Of a stretch of DNA of 30,179 bases, positions 1-7,946 are shown piece by piece. Position numbers and translations under genes: made by a program. The notes below the pieces were generated by a model. The model did no database searches. It worked only from the letters and a program-made list of their open reading frames with translations, and was not told the origin of the DNA. Positions within the stretch are counted from its first letter, which is position 1; every line of letters begins with the position of its first letter. The DNA lies in NCBI GenBank assembly GCA_037969075.1, contig JBBKWS010000036.1, positions 1-30,179 on the forward strand, read 5' to 3'. Source of the DNA: Bdellovibrionales bacterium (GTDB lineage Bacteria > Bdellovibrionota > Bdellovibrionia > Bdellovibrionales > UBA840).

Positions 1-50
1 TTAAAAGCAAAAAATATTTCTTGCACAGAAGTATAATCTAAATTTTTCAT
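1..50 (-). CDS. Possible 5' end of a gene leaving the window (MKNLDYTSVQEIFFAF...)
   Basis: ATG at 50 on the minus strand, open to the window edge, divergent from the CDS at 83; too short to identify. Confidence 0.3.
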   Translation of the reverse strand, partial: MKNLDYTSVQEIFFAF

Positions 51-76
51 GACATTAGAGGCATAGCGACTATCAT
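49..76 (+). promoter_or_regulatory. Putative sigma70 promoter, leaderless-type
   Basis: ATGACA-N16-TATCAT-N6-ATG(83); no Shine-Dalgarno. Confidence 0.45.
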
Positions 77-82
77 ATCGTT

Positions 83-1849
83 ATGCCTTTTTTATTACTC
101 TTTTTTTCATTATCATTTACATGGCAAGCTGACGCAGAATGGATAAAGCTCTTACATTTTGAAAAGAATCTATTCGGGCAATATAGTAGCCGTTCAAATA
201 GTGATAATTTCTTTACATCCCTTGATAAAACTCCTGATTCAGAACTAAATGCATTTTTGATTGCCTATGACGTACTTCCTATCAATGACGACCATGTAAT
301 TTGTAAATTTCCATTGCGTACTAAATATGTAGTTAAAAAAGAATATAAAAAAAGGATCGAAAGTATTAACTGTCCAAAGCTACAAAAATTTAAAGAGACC
401 CTGGCGCCGGTTGGAGTGAGTTTAATTTTTTCTTCTTATTTTTTAGATAGTCCAAGTTCTACCTTCGGACATACCTTTTTGCGATTAAGGCGCAACTTGC
501 CAAAAGTCGCGACAGAGAAACAAATTGAACTCTTGGATCATGGGATTGGGTATGCTGCTAATGCTACAACAAACAACCCTCTATTACATGCTATTCTTGG
601 CTTTACAGGCGGTTATAACGGGATCTTTTCATTAGTACCATATTATTATAAAGTCAGGGAGTATAACGACAATGAAAGCAGGGATTTGTGGTCCTATGAT
701 TTAAATATGACGGCAAAACAGATGGATGATTTAGTGGATCATTTGTGGGAGGTAGGGCAGTCGACCTTTCCTTATTATTATCTGACAGAGAATTGTTCGT
801 ATTACATTTTAGAAATATTAGAAATTGTAACAGACCGTGATTTGGTTAGTAGGATGCCGCCGTGGATGATTCCAGTCGATAGCATTAAAGCGATTATGGA
901 AGATCCTGGCTTTGTAAAAGATATTAGTTACAGGCCTTCGTTAAAGAGTCAGTTCTTGGCACGTGCAAGTCAATTAACAGATAAAGAAAGTAAGCAGGTA
1001 TATAGTTTAAACTATGATTCATCATGGAAAACAGCACAGATTGATACAGTCATAGAGTATCTAGAGCTAAAGTATCCAAAAGAAGTGCGTGATTCAACGA
1101 GTAAGTTTTTTTTACTTAGGGATAAATTTTTATCCGAGAGATCTAAGCGAAAAGAAACATCTGTTGTTGAAATACTACCCCCTGCGCGACCCGATACTAT
1201 TCACCCTTCTAGTCGTGCCGGTTTATTATTGGGATATGATGAGATTGATAAGGATTTCATTACTATACAACAAAGGTTTGCTTACTATGATCCGCTTGAT
1301 CCGCCGGAAGCAAAGCCAGCATTTAGTGAAATTATTTTTATGGATATCTCGGCAAAATATCTTATAGATAAAAAAGATTTAGATATAGAGCGCGTAGATT
1401 TAATTCGTGCAAAAATCAGAAACCCTTATACTCGTTGGTTTAAACCATATTCTTATTCGCTGTCTCTTGGAGCTGAGCGTGAAAAGATTTTATGTGGTTC
1501 ATGTCTTGTAGCAAAAACACACTTGGATCTTGGGCTGAGTCAGCAATTAGACAACCACCTTTTATTTGGGGGACTATACACTGATTTTAAGGTGGGGAGT
1601 CATATGCAAAAAGGCTATGGGATCTACATTGGCCCGACTGTTGAGGTAACAAGTTACTGGTCACCACTTTTTAGATCGAAATTAGATGTGAGTTATCTGG
1701 ATATAATAGATCAAGATGCAGATGCATTTTTTAAGCTAGATTTTGAAGTAAGACTTGATCTAAAAAAGAATGTATTTAGCCTAAGCGCTTCTCATGCAAT
1801 ACTTGATACTAATACCGAGACTCGCCTAGGCGTATACTACTATTACTAG
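83..1849 (+). CDS. DUF4105 (Lnb N-terminal-like) domain protein with probable C-terminal beta-barrel
   Basis: 588 aa; N-terminal signal; motifs SSTFGHTFLRL, YNDNESRDLWSY, YYYLTENCSY typical of DUF4105; amphipathic C-terminal strands ending RLGVYYYY. Confidence 0.85.
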   Translation: MPFLLLFFSLSFTWQADAEWIKLLHFEKNLFGQYSSRSNSDNFFTSLDKTPDSELNAFLIAYDVLPINDDHVICKFPLRTKYVVKKEYKKRIESINCPKLQKFKETLAPVGVSLIFSSYFLDSPSSTFGHTFLRLRRNLPKVATEKQIELLDHGIGYAANATTNNPLLHAILGFTGGYNGIFSLVPYYYKVREYNDNESRDLWSYDLNMTAKQMDDLVDHLWEVGQSTFPYYYLTENCSYYILEILEIVTDRDLVSRMPPWMIPVDSIKAIMEDPGFVKDISYRPSLKSQFLARASQLTDKESKQVYSLNYDSSWKTAQIDTVIEYLELKYPKEVRDSTSKFFLLRDKFLSERSKRKETSVVEILPPARPDTIHPSSRAGLLLGYDEIDKDFITIQQRFAYYDPLDPPEAKPAFSEIIFMDISAKYLIDKKDLDIERVDLIRAKIRNPYTRWFKPYSYSLSLGAEREKILCGSCLVAKTHLDLGLSQQLDNHLLFGGLYTDFKVGSHMQKGYGIYIGPTVEVTSYWSPLFRSKLDVSYLDIIDQDADAFFKLDFEVRLDLKKNVFSLSASHAILDTNTETRLGVYYYY

Positions 1850-1983
1850 CGAAATTTCTTAGTTTTTTTCTTTTTCATTTTTGGATTGTGGCTCTTAGTT
1901 TTTTTTGCCTTCTTAGCAATTCTACTAGAGCGCGCTGTATTCGGTTTTTTCTTCTTTTTAGTTCCAACTTTCTTTTTAGCCAC
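1846..1983 (-). CDS. Small Lys-rich basic protein, 45 aa (histone H1/protamine-like composition)
   Basis: Hand-translated MAKKKVGTKKKKKPNTARSSRIAKKAKKTKSHNPKMKKKKTKKFR*; GTG start 5 nt after AAGGAG; fills the gap between two CDS; not in ORF track. Confidence 0.8.
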   Translation of the reverse strand: MAKKKVGTKKKKKPNTARSSRIAKKAKKTKSHNPKMKKKKTKKFR

Positions 1984-2010
1984 GAAGACTCCTTTTTTAG
2001 GTTTTTTTTG

Positions 2011-2039
2011 AGATTAGCGCAAAATTTAAAGGCAGTCCA
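2011..2039 (-). promoter_or_regulatory. Putative sigma70 promoter of the Lys-rich gene
   Basis: TGGACT-N17-TAATCT upstream of the AAGGAG RBS. Confidence 0.5.
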
Positions 2040-2084
2040 CAAACAAACGATGACAATTAGAAAGCGAAAGATAAGAATTTTAGC

Positions 2085-2531
2085 ATGATTCTACTTATTT
2101 TACAATTTGCCCTAGCTACAACCTGTTCTCATGATGCCACTAACTTTAGATGTGTAAAGGTCTTAAAAAACTATGACGGGGACACAATTACAGTCAATAT
2201 ACCCAATATTCACCCACTTTTAGGACAAAAAGTTTCAGTGAGAGTTAGGGGAATTGATACTGCAGAAGTTAGAGGCAAAGCTCCATGTGAAAAAGATGCC
2301 GCAAGAACCGCCAGAAATTTAGTGGAGTCTTTGACTAAGAACGCAAAAGTTGTGGATCTTGAGAATGTCGCAAGAGATAAATACTTTCGAATTTTAGCTG
2401 ATGTAAAAATCGACGGAAAATCTATAAAAGACATACTTATCAAAAATCAGTTGGCCGTGACCTACGACGGAGGCACCAAGAAAAAAGTGGACTGGTGTGA
2501 GTACTTACGAAAGCCTGCCAATACTAAATGA
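2085..2531 (+). CDS. Secreted thermonuclease (SNase) family protein
   Basis: YDGDTI, VRVRGIDTAE, RDKYFRILADV motifs; short signal peptide; C-terminal RKPAN. Confidence 0.9.
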   Translation: MILLILQFALATTCSHDATNFRCVKVLKNYDGDTITVNIPNIHPLLGQKVSVRVRGIDTAEVRGKAPCEKDAARTARNLVESLTKNAKVVDLENVARDKYFRILADVKIDGKSIKDILIKNQLAVTYDGGTKKKVDWCEYLRKPANTK

Positions 2532-2532
2532 T

Positions 2533-2841
2533 TTAATGTAAAATCTTTGGAATGGCTACATCGTTAAATTGATCTAGCTGTGATTTTACGTCTCCTAAAA
2601 AAGTGGACATTTTTTCTTTAGCTTCTTTTATCGCATCAAAAGGGTTATCCGAAACTCCAACAGCATCCACGGTAAATTGTGGCGATGTGAGTGTGAATTT
2701 AACTTTAAAAACATTGTCTTTTGTAGTTTCGATTAAAGCTACGCTTAATTTAGAGTCAGGAATCATTTTCTGCTCTAAATCATTTGTGTTTTGGTAAATA
2801 TAAGCTCTTACGTCACTGGGTAAATTATTTATTGTAGCCAT
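2533..2841 (-). CDS. HPF/RaiA-like ribosome-associated protein (divergent)
   Basis: Start reassigned to ATG 2841 (GAGGTG RBS; the longer frame overlaps the upstream gene); 102 aa; VDAVGVSDNPFDAIKEAKEKM resembles the HPF last strand-helix. Confidence 0.55.
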   Translation of the reverse strand: MATINNLPSDVRAYIYQNTNDLEQKMIPDSKLSVALIETTKDNVFKVKFTLTSPQFTVDAVGVSDNPFDAIKEAKEKMSTFLGDVKSQLDQFNDVAIPKILH

Positions 2842-2856
2842 ATAACACCTCTCTAC

Positions 2857-2890
2857 TTCAAATATGTGGTTATATTTGAATATGTCAAGG
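2857..2890 (-). promoter_or_regulatory. Promoter (sigma32- or sigma70-like) overlapped by a perfect 9-bp inverted repeat
   Basis: CTTGACA-N13-CCACATAT on the minus strand; TTCAAATAT-N6-ATATTTGAA at 2857-2880. Confidence 0.5.
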
Positions 2891-2923
2891 CGAGCCCTTT
2901 TTATTTTTAATGGTAGTTTGAGC

Positions 2924-3463
2924 TCATTCATTTTGCATTTGAAATTCAAATCTAATTTGTTTTACTACATATCTTGCTTCAAGTCGCGTGTAACCGATAG
3001 ATTCGAAGACATTGATCTGGATGTAATCCACGATATTTTTAAATGCTCTAAACGATTGAATCACTCTTGTAAATGGCCTTTGATCCCAAAACTGATAATG
3101 TAAAGGCTTGGGACGGTCTCTGCAAAAACCAGTAACTTTCATCATAATCGCAGCGGTTATAGCCCTAATGAATTTGTTATAAGTCTGTCGTTTAAATAGT
3201 TTTAAATGCAAGTGAAGATGGTTTCCCGCGTTGGCGCAGGATAAAATCTTAATATGATATTTATCGGCAAATGTCTTTAAAATTTTCTCTATGTCTTTTG
3301 TGTGACGACTAAATGATAGTTTACCTTGGGCCTTAGTGGATCTTAAGACTAGATGCATGGAGTCCTTTGTAGATAAAGGACGAGCTCTTTTTTGCGGATT
3401 CTTATGATCACCGCCATGGTCGGATTTATGAGGTTTTAGTAAAGTATATTGCTTAGATTTCAT
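2924..3463 (-). CDS. Y1 HUH transposase (IS200 TnpA / RAYT-like), solo
   Basis: MHLVLRS, HUH motif NHLHL, FWDQRPFTRVI, catalytic Tyr helix DYIQIN; no tnpB nearby. Confidence 0.8.
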   Translation of the reverse strand: MKSKQYTLLKPHKSDHGGDHKNPQKRARPLSTKDSMHLVLRSTKAQGKLSFSRHTKDIEKILKTFADKYHIKILSCANAGNHLHLHLKLFKRQTYNKFIRAITAAIMMKVTGFCRDRPKPLHYQFWDQRPFTRVIQSFRAFKNIVDYIQINVFESIGYTRLEARYVVKQIRFEFQMQNE

Positions 3464-3470
3464 TGGTGCG

Positions 3471-3499
3471 AAGGTATAATAAAGTTATAAGTTTGGCAA
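3471..3499 (-). promoter_or_regulatory. Putative sigma70 promoter, leaderless-type
   Basis: TTGCCA-N17-TACCTT-N7-ATG(3463). Confidence 0.55.
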
Positions 3500-3603
3500 T
3501 AGAAATACGTAAGATGGTAAGCAGTGACTATAAATAATCGTAGTTAGAGTGTAAAAGGAATGCGGCCCCACTAAAAAAAGAAAAGTCAGTCAAGACGGGT
3601 AAA

Positions 3604-4602
3604 TTATTTATAATGATGGCTCACTAACTGTTTCTTTTTAGCTGGTAAAAAACTCGCCGTAAACGCTCTTTTTGTAGCTGCCTGAAGGTCCTCAACGCTA
3701 AGTTTTTGCTTTTTCATTAATACATCCCACTCATGGGTCAGATCAATTCCAAAAATACCGGGGTCATCAGAGTTTAAGGTGGTAAGAACCCCTTGATTGG
3801 TTAAATAAGTAAAAGGGTGGGATTCAATATCCTTACAGCTATTGGTCAAATAATTACTAGTAGGACATAGCTCGAGGTATATTCCTTTTTCTTTTACGTA
3901 CTCAATGGTGCTAGGATCTTTATAGATTTGTAGGCCATGACCAATTCTTTCGGCATAACAATAATCAATCGAATCACGTACAAACTGTGGAGCTTCAGGA
4001 ACGTCTTCTTCACCCGAGTGGCAAGTGATGTGTAGCCCCGCTTTTTTTGCCTTTAAAAATACATCGCTAAAACTTTTACAATCAAAACCTATTTCTTGGT
4101 CAGCAAGATCAATCCCACAGAATGTATTTTTATGTTCGATAAAAAAATCACAAGCTCGCTCAGCTTCTTTTACAGATTGCGATCTAACTATGATTCCAAT
4201 AAAGCCAACGACCATATTAAATTTATTTTCAGCTTTTGTAGCGCCTCTTAAGATAGCCTCATGGATTTTATTAAAATTTAAGTCCCTTCCTATGTTAATA
4301 AATGACGGGGCATACCTGAGTTCTAAGAGATAAATTCCTTCATTAAAGGCATCCTCGCAAATCTCATAGGTGATTCTCTCTATAATATCGTATGTATCTA
4401 GTAGATCCTGTGTGGACATAAATCTATCGATCACTTCTTTAAGGCTTCTCATCGGAGTTTTAACTTGAAACGTGGCGATAGCCTCGTCGTCTGTGAGCTG
4501 GGTTTTGTACTTAAGGTTATATAGCTCGGAGAGAGTGGAGAGTCGTATGGAGCCCTCTAGATGCCTATGTAATTCGATTTTTGGTATGGCCTTTAAATTC
4601 AT
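3604..4602 (-). CDS. add: Adenosine deaminase
   Basis: PKIELHRHLEGS, ELRYAP, HSGE, ERIGHG, LCPTSN, NSDDP motifs. Confidence 0.93.
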   Translation of the reverse strand: MNLKAIPKIELHRHLEGSIRLSTLSELYNLKYKTQLTDDEAIATFQVKTPMRSLKEVIDRFMSTQDLLDTYDIIERITYEICEDAFNEGIYLLELRYAPSFINIGRDLNFNKIHEAILRGATKAENKFNMVVGFIGIIVRSQSVKEAERACDFFIEHKNTFCGIDLADQEIGFDCKSFSDVFLKAKKAGLHITCHSGEEDVPEAPQFVRDSIDYCYAERIGHGLQIYKDPSTIEYVKEKGIYLELCPTSNYLTNSCKDIESHPFTYLTNQGVLTTLNSDDPGIFGIDLTHEWDVLMKKQKLSVEDLQAATKRAFTASFLPAKKKQLVSHHYK

Positions 4603-4608
4603 TGGATA

Positions 4609-4637
4609 ATCATATTAAAGAAGAGCCAAAAGGTCCA
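4609..4637 (-). promoter_or_regulatory. Putative sigma70 promoter of add, leaderless-type
   Basis: TGGACC-N17-TATGAT-N6-ATG(4602); no RBS. Confidence 0.55.
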
Positions 4638-4728
4638 GTTGTTACCTGTATCACAATGAGACGTGTCTAGATTAGTATATACAGGTGTAAAGTTTGTAAC
4701 CAATTAGATCGATTGTATTGCTAGAGGG

Positions 4729-4745
4729 TCGGCACGCCCTATGCA
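4729..4745 (+). promoter_or_regulatory. Putative sigma54 (-24/-12) promoter
   Basis: TCGGCACGCCCTATGCA: GG-N10-GC with GGCACG core, about 30 nt before ATG 4775. Confidence 0.6.
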
Positions 4746-4774
4746 TAATAAGTAATAGGTGAGTGGGGGAAAAC

Positions 4775-5398
4775 ATGAAACATAAAGATTTTTATTCCAA
4801 AAATGAGTCAAAAGTTATATTCTTAAATAAGAAATCTATGAAAAGTTTTATCATGTTACAAAAGCAAAAGAAGCAGATGGGGATCCTAACAGGGTCGATA
4901 CTATCCATTTTTGCTGTGGTTGCTATCCTAAACCAAAAGATTGTTAATCAGAACGAACTGATGCAAGCTCAGATGCTTTCTCAGCAAAATCGTGGCATCG
5001 CCAGTGTTGGGAGCCTTGCAAATGACAGCTTTCAAAAAGGCATGCAAGAAAAGCTGTTAGTCGATGTAAAGCAAGCTCTAAACAATGGTCCTGTTTTAAT
5101 GGGGCAAAAGCCTAGTAATAAAGAGCAGTTTTTATTAGCGACTCTTGGTGGTAATTACTTACTAGAAGAAAAAGACGGTAAGATCTCTTTAACAAGTTTA
5201 AACGAGCATAAACATGCTGTAAGCAATATGAATTCATTTGCCATGGAGTTTGTGCAGAACATGCTAAACTCGGATTTTACAGAGCTTAGGCTTGTTAGTG
5301 ATGGTACTTACAAATTAATCAAAAAAGATGGCAGTGTAGCCATGATAGACATTCGTCTGGATGATCAAAAGCACTTAGATTCTATTGTTGTTAGATAA
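4775..5398 (+). CDS. Hypothetical bitopic membrane protein
   Basis: ATG after GGGGGA (alternative GTG 4763); basic N-terminus, one TM (GILTGSILSIFAVVAIL), Gln-rich linker with RGIAS, globular C-terminus. Confidence 0.8.
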   Translation: MKHKDFYSKNESKVIFLNKKSMKSFIMLQKQKKQMGILTGSILSIFAVVAILNQKIVNQNELMQAQMLSQQNRGIASVGSLANDSFQKGMQEKLLVDVKQALNNGPVLMGQKPSNKEQFLLATLGGNYLLEEKDGKISLTSLNEHKHAVSNMNSFAMEFVQNMLNSDFTELRLVSDGTYKLIKKDGSVAMIDIRLDDQKHLDSIVVR

Positions 5399-5442
5399 TA
5401 AACTAGCCTCGCGTTTACAACCACATTGGACGATTTATATAT

Positions 5443-6978
5443 GTGGTACTGGATAACTTTTCTAAATTAAAAACATCAATAACGTCAGTCAGATACAGAC
5501 TGGCGTTTATCTATGACCGAATGGCTGCTTTTGTATTAGATTTTACAGTGATTTTCTTTATCCATTCGTTCTTAAGTTTCTATTTCAAGAAGCAACAAAA
5601 CACCGCTATGATCGAAGGTTACCAAACAGCCTTTATTTTCTGGGTAATTGTTAATTTCATGTTCTTTCTGGTAACTTACTTTGCTTATCACTACATAAGT
5701 TTATTTAAATACAAAACAACCGTAGGTAAATTTGCATTTAAAATTCATCTAAAAAATATATGGGGCTATGAAGAGGTAACACATACGCAGTCCGCAAAGT
5801 ACGCGATATGGAAGACCTTGGGCATCTTGTCACTAGGGCTTACATATATCGGGGCATTCGTTGATGATAGGCGTAGGACGCTACATGAAAAAATGTCAGA
5901 TACGATGGTGGTTACTAAGAAACAAAAATACTCACCATCTCCAACAATAAGAGAAAAACAATTTTTTAAGGGCCTGCTATTACCCGCACAAAGTTTATTA
6001 GGGGTATTAGTAATTTATGCGCTAACACTTATTTACAATTCAGCGCAGAAAGAGATTATGGATGCAAGCTTAGAAACTTCTCTGCAGCCTAAATGCGAAT
6101 GGGTAGAGCAAGAATTTAGTGGTTCTAAAGAATCCAGCCGCGTGGCATTTAGTATGTCGTTATACTTATTATCCGAAGTTGATAGGTCATGCCTTGAAAA
6201 AGAAGCTAGGGCTGCCTTTGAAGCGGGTGAAAATCTTGAAGAGGCTAATATGGCCTTTGCATTAATTTATCCAGAACAAAAAGAAAGTTTTTTACATGAA
6301 GCTTGTACAGCTGCGCCAGGAAGTTTTTCTTGTGTAAATAATTTAAAAGCGAAAGCAGAGTATAAAAAACCACATCAAGTACTATGGCAGGCAAAAGAGC
6401 TCTTTAGTAAAAATAAGTACGAAGAATCACTATCATTACTAAATCAGATAAAATCAGCTTATTTTAGTGATAAGCTGGGGTATTTTAAATTTAAAAACTA
6501 TTGGAAGATAAAACCCACAGAAATGATGTCCAATATTAGTAGCTTCTCTAGTTTAATTGAGGAGGATACTTTTGATCGAGTCATTGCATGGGCCTGTTTA
6601 GACTCAGCAGAATCTGATTGTGATTCTGCCCCGTCGTTTTGTTCAAAAATTTTAGACAAAAAAGATTTTACTAGAGCAGGTCTTGAAGAAGAGTTGTCTT
6701 ATGTTCGTTTGCGTGAATGTAAAAATCAGTGGAGCGAAGATCTACCAGAGGCTATTTCATTAGAAGCGGCAAATTTATTTTATGCTAAGTCTCGGTTAAG
6801 AAAGTACAATGACCTAAGACCACTTAGAGATATGTTAGCGGGTAGTGCTAGTTATGATGTTAAGAGTGAAATCGCTAGTACCATGATAAGGTACGGTGAT
6901 TTAAGTAAAGATGATAAAGAGATGTTGAGCCGATTTAAAGTGATAGACTCTAACCGCCAACCAGCAAGTAGCGAGTAG
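5443..6978 (+). CDS. RDD family membrane protein with large Cys-rich, TPR-like extracytoplasmic domain
   Basis: RMAAFVLD, TTVGK, RRTLHEKMSDTMVV RDD motifs; further TM; 8 Cys; ends RQPASSE. Confidence 0.85.
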   Translation: MVLDNFSKLKTSITSVRYRLAFIYDRMAAFVLDFTVIFFIHSFLSFYFKKQQNTAMIEGYQTAFIFWVIVNFMFFLVTYFAYHYISLFKYKTTVGKFAFKIHLKNIWGYEEVTHTQSAKYAIWKTLGILSLGLTYIGAFVDDRRRTLHEKMSDTMVVTKKQKYSPSPTIREKQFFKGLLLPAQSLLGVLVIYALTLIYNSAQKEIMDASLETSLQPKCEWVEQEFSGSKESSRVAFSMSLYLLSEVDRSCLEKEARAAFEAGENLEEANMAFALIYPEQKESFLHEACTAAPGSFSCVNNLKAKAEYKKPHQVLWQAKELFSKNKYEESLSLLNQIKSAYFSDKLGYFKFKNYWKIKPTEMMSNISSFSSLIEEDTFDRVIAWACLDSAESDCDSAPSFCSKILDKKDFTRAGLEEELSYVRLRECKNQWSEDLPEAISLEAANLFYAKSRLRKYNDLRPLRDMLAGSASYDVKSEIASTMIRYGDLSKDDKEMLSRFKVIDSNRQPASSE

Positions 6979-6980
6979 CT

Positions 6981-7946
6981 ATGTTAATTCCTGTATTTTT
7001 TGGTATACGTAACCTTAGTCTTTTGCCAGCAAGTATATTCTTGTTTGCCATTCAGACTTTTGTTTTGTTGGTGTCTGTTCCTGTTAATCAAGAATATCAT
7101 GCGTCTATGAGCGCCATGTCGGCGGACCCACAGTTCTATCAAGAGATGTCCTTTAGATATTCAAACTGGATTCAAGATCATCCCAGAGCTTATGATCCTA
7201 CAATCCATAGACTAAGTGATATGTCCAGAGGCGGAAGTAATTCATACCGAGTGATTCTGGCCCAAATGGCAATGCGTGATGGGGAGTTTCAAAGAAATAT
7301 AACAAATACAATAGGAAGCCACAGTAGAGAAATAGCTTCGAGCTGGGAAACAAAGTTTTTAGAAATTAAAAAACTAGAAAATGATAACCCTATATACACT
7401 TGGGGGTATAAATCAGCCATTGAAAGACCATTTACTTTTTTTACCTATCAGTTTGTCCATTCTGGGTTGTTACATTTTTTGATGAATTCTTTTTTCTTTT
7501 TACTATTAGCTCCGTTAGTTGAGTTAGCATTAGGCAGTACTTTATTTTTGGCGCTCTATTTATTTGGGGGAGCATTCGCCGCATTTACTTACAGTGTTTT
7601 AGAGCCGGATACATTGATGCCACTTGTTGGCGCTAGTGGATCCATTAGTTTTTTATTGGGATTTGTTTGTGTATATTTATTAAAAAAGAAGGTCCATTTC
7701 TTTTACTGGCTTTTACCAATTAAGGGGTATTACGGATTCATAAAGCTTCCGGCATATTTCGCCCTTATCATGTGGTTAGCAAGTGATATTAGCGGGCAGT
7801 TGAGTTCTACTGCTTTCGATAGCGTAGCACATAGTGCCCATATAGGTGGGATGGTCTTAGGCGCTGTTTTTGGCGCCATTTACCATTATCTACAGCCCGT
7901 CGGAAAAATCGACAACTTTCTCGCTGGGCGCAAAACCTCGGCGTAG
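6981..7946 (+). CDS. Rhomboid family intramembrane serine protease
   Basis: TYQFVH, HFLMN, catalytic GASG and AHIGG; soluble insert after TM1 containing REIAS. Confidence 0.92.
   Translation: MLIPVFFGIRNLSLLPASIFLFAIQTFVLLVSVPVNQEYHASMSAMSADPQFYQEMSFRYSNWIQDHPRAYDPTIHRLSDMSRGGSNSYRVILAQMAMRDGEFQRNITNTIGSHSREIASSWETKFLEIKKLENDNPIYTWGYKSAIERPFTFFTYQFVHSGLLHFLMNSFFFLLLAPLVELALGSTLFLALYLFGGAFAAFTYSVLEPDTLMPLVGASGSISFLLGFVCVYLLKKKVHFFYWLLPIKGYYGFIKLPAYFALIMWLASDISGQLSSTAFDSVAHSAHIGGMVLGAVFGAIYHYLQPVGKIDNFLAGRKTSA

Noticed and set aside
1888..2088. 66-aa Phe-rich plus-strand ORF from the track
   Set aside because: Antisense shadow of the Lys-rich gene (AAA read as TTT); no RBS
2842..2949. N-terminal extension of the HPF-like ORF
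   Set aside because: Overlaps the transposase 3' end and a promoter; the good RBS sits at ATG 2841
3525..3600. Possible IS end or REP near the Y1 gene (weak GACTA/TAGTT stem, TGCGGCCCC)
   Set aside because: No strong hairpin and no second copy in the window
4688..4715. FliA-like TAAAGTTT...ATCGATTG
   Set aside because: Spacing off by one and weak -10; the sigma54 box fits better
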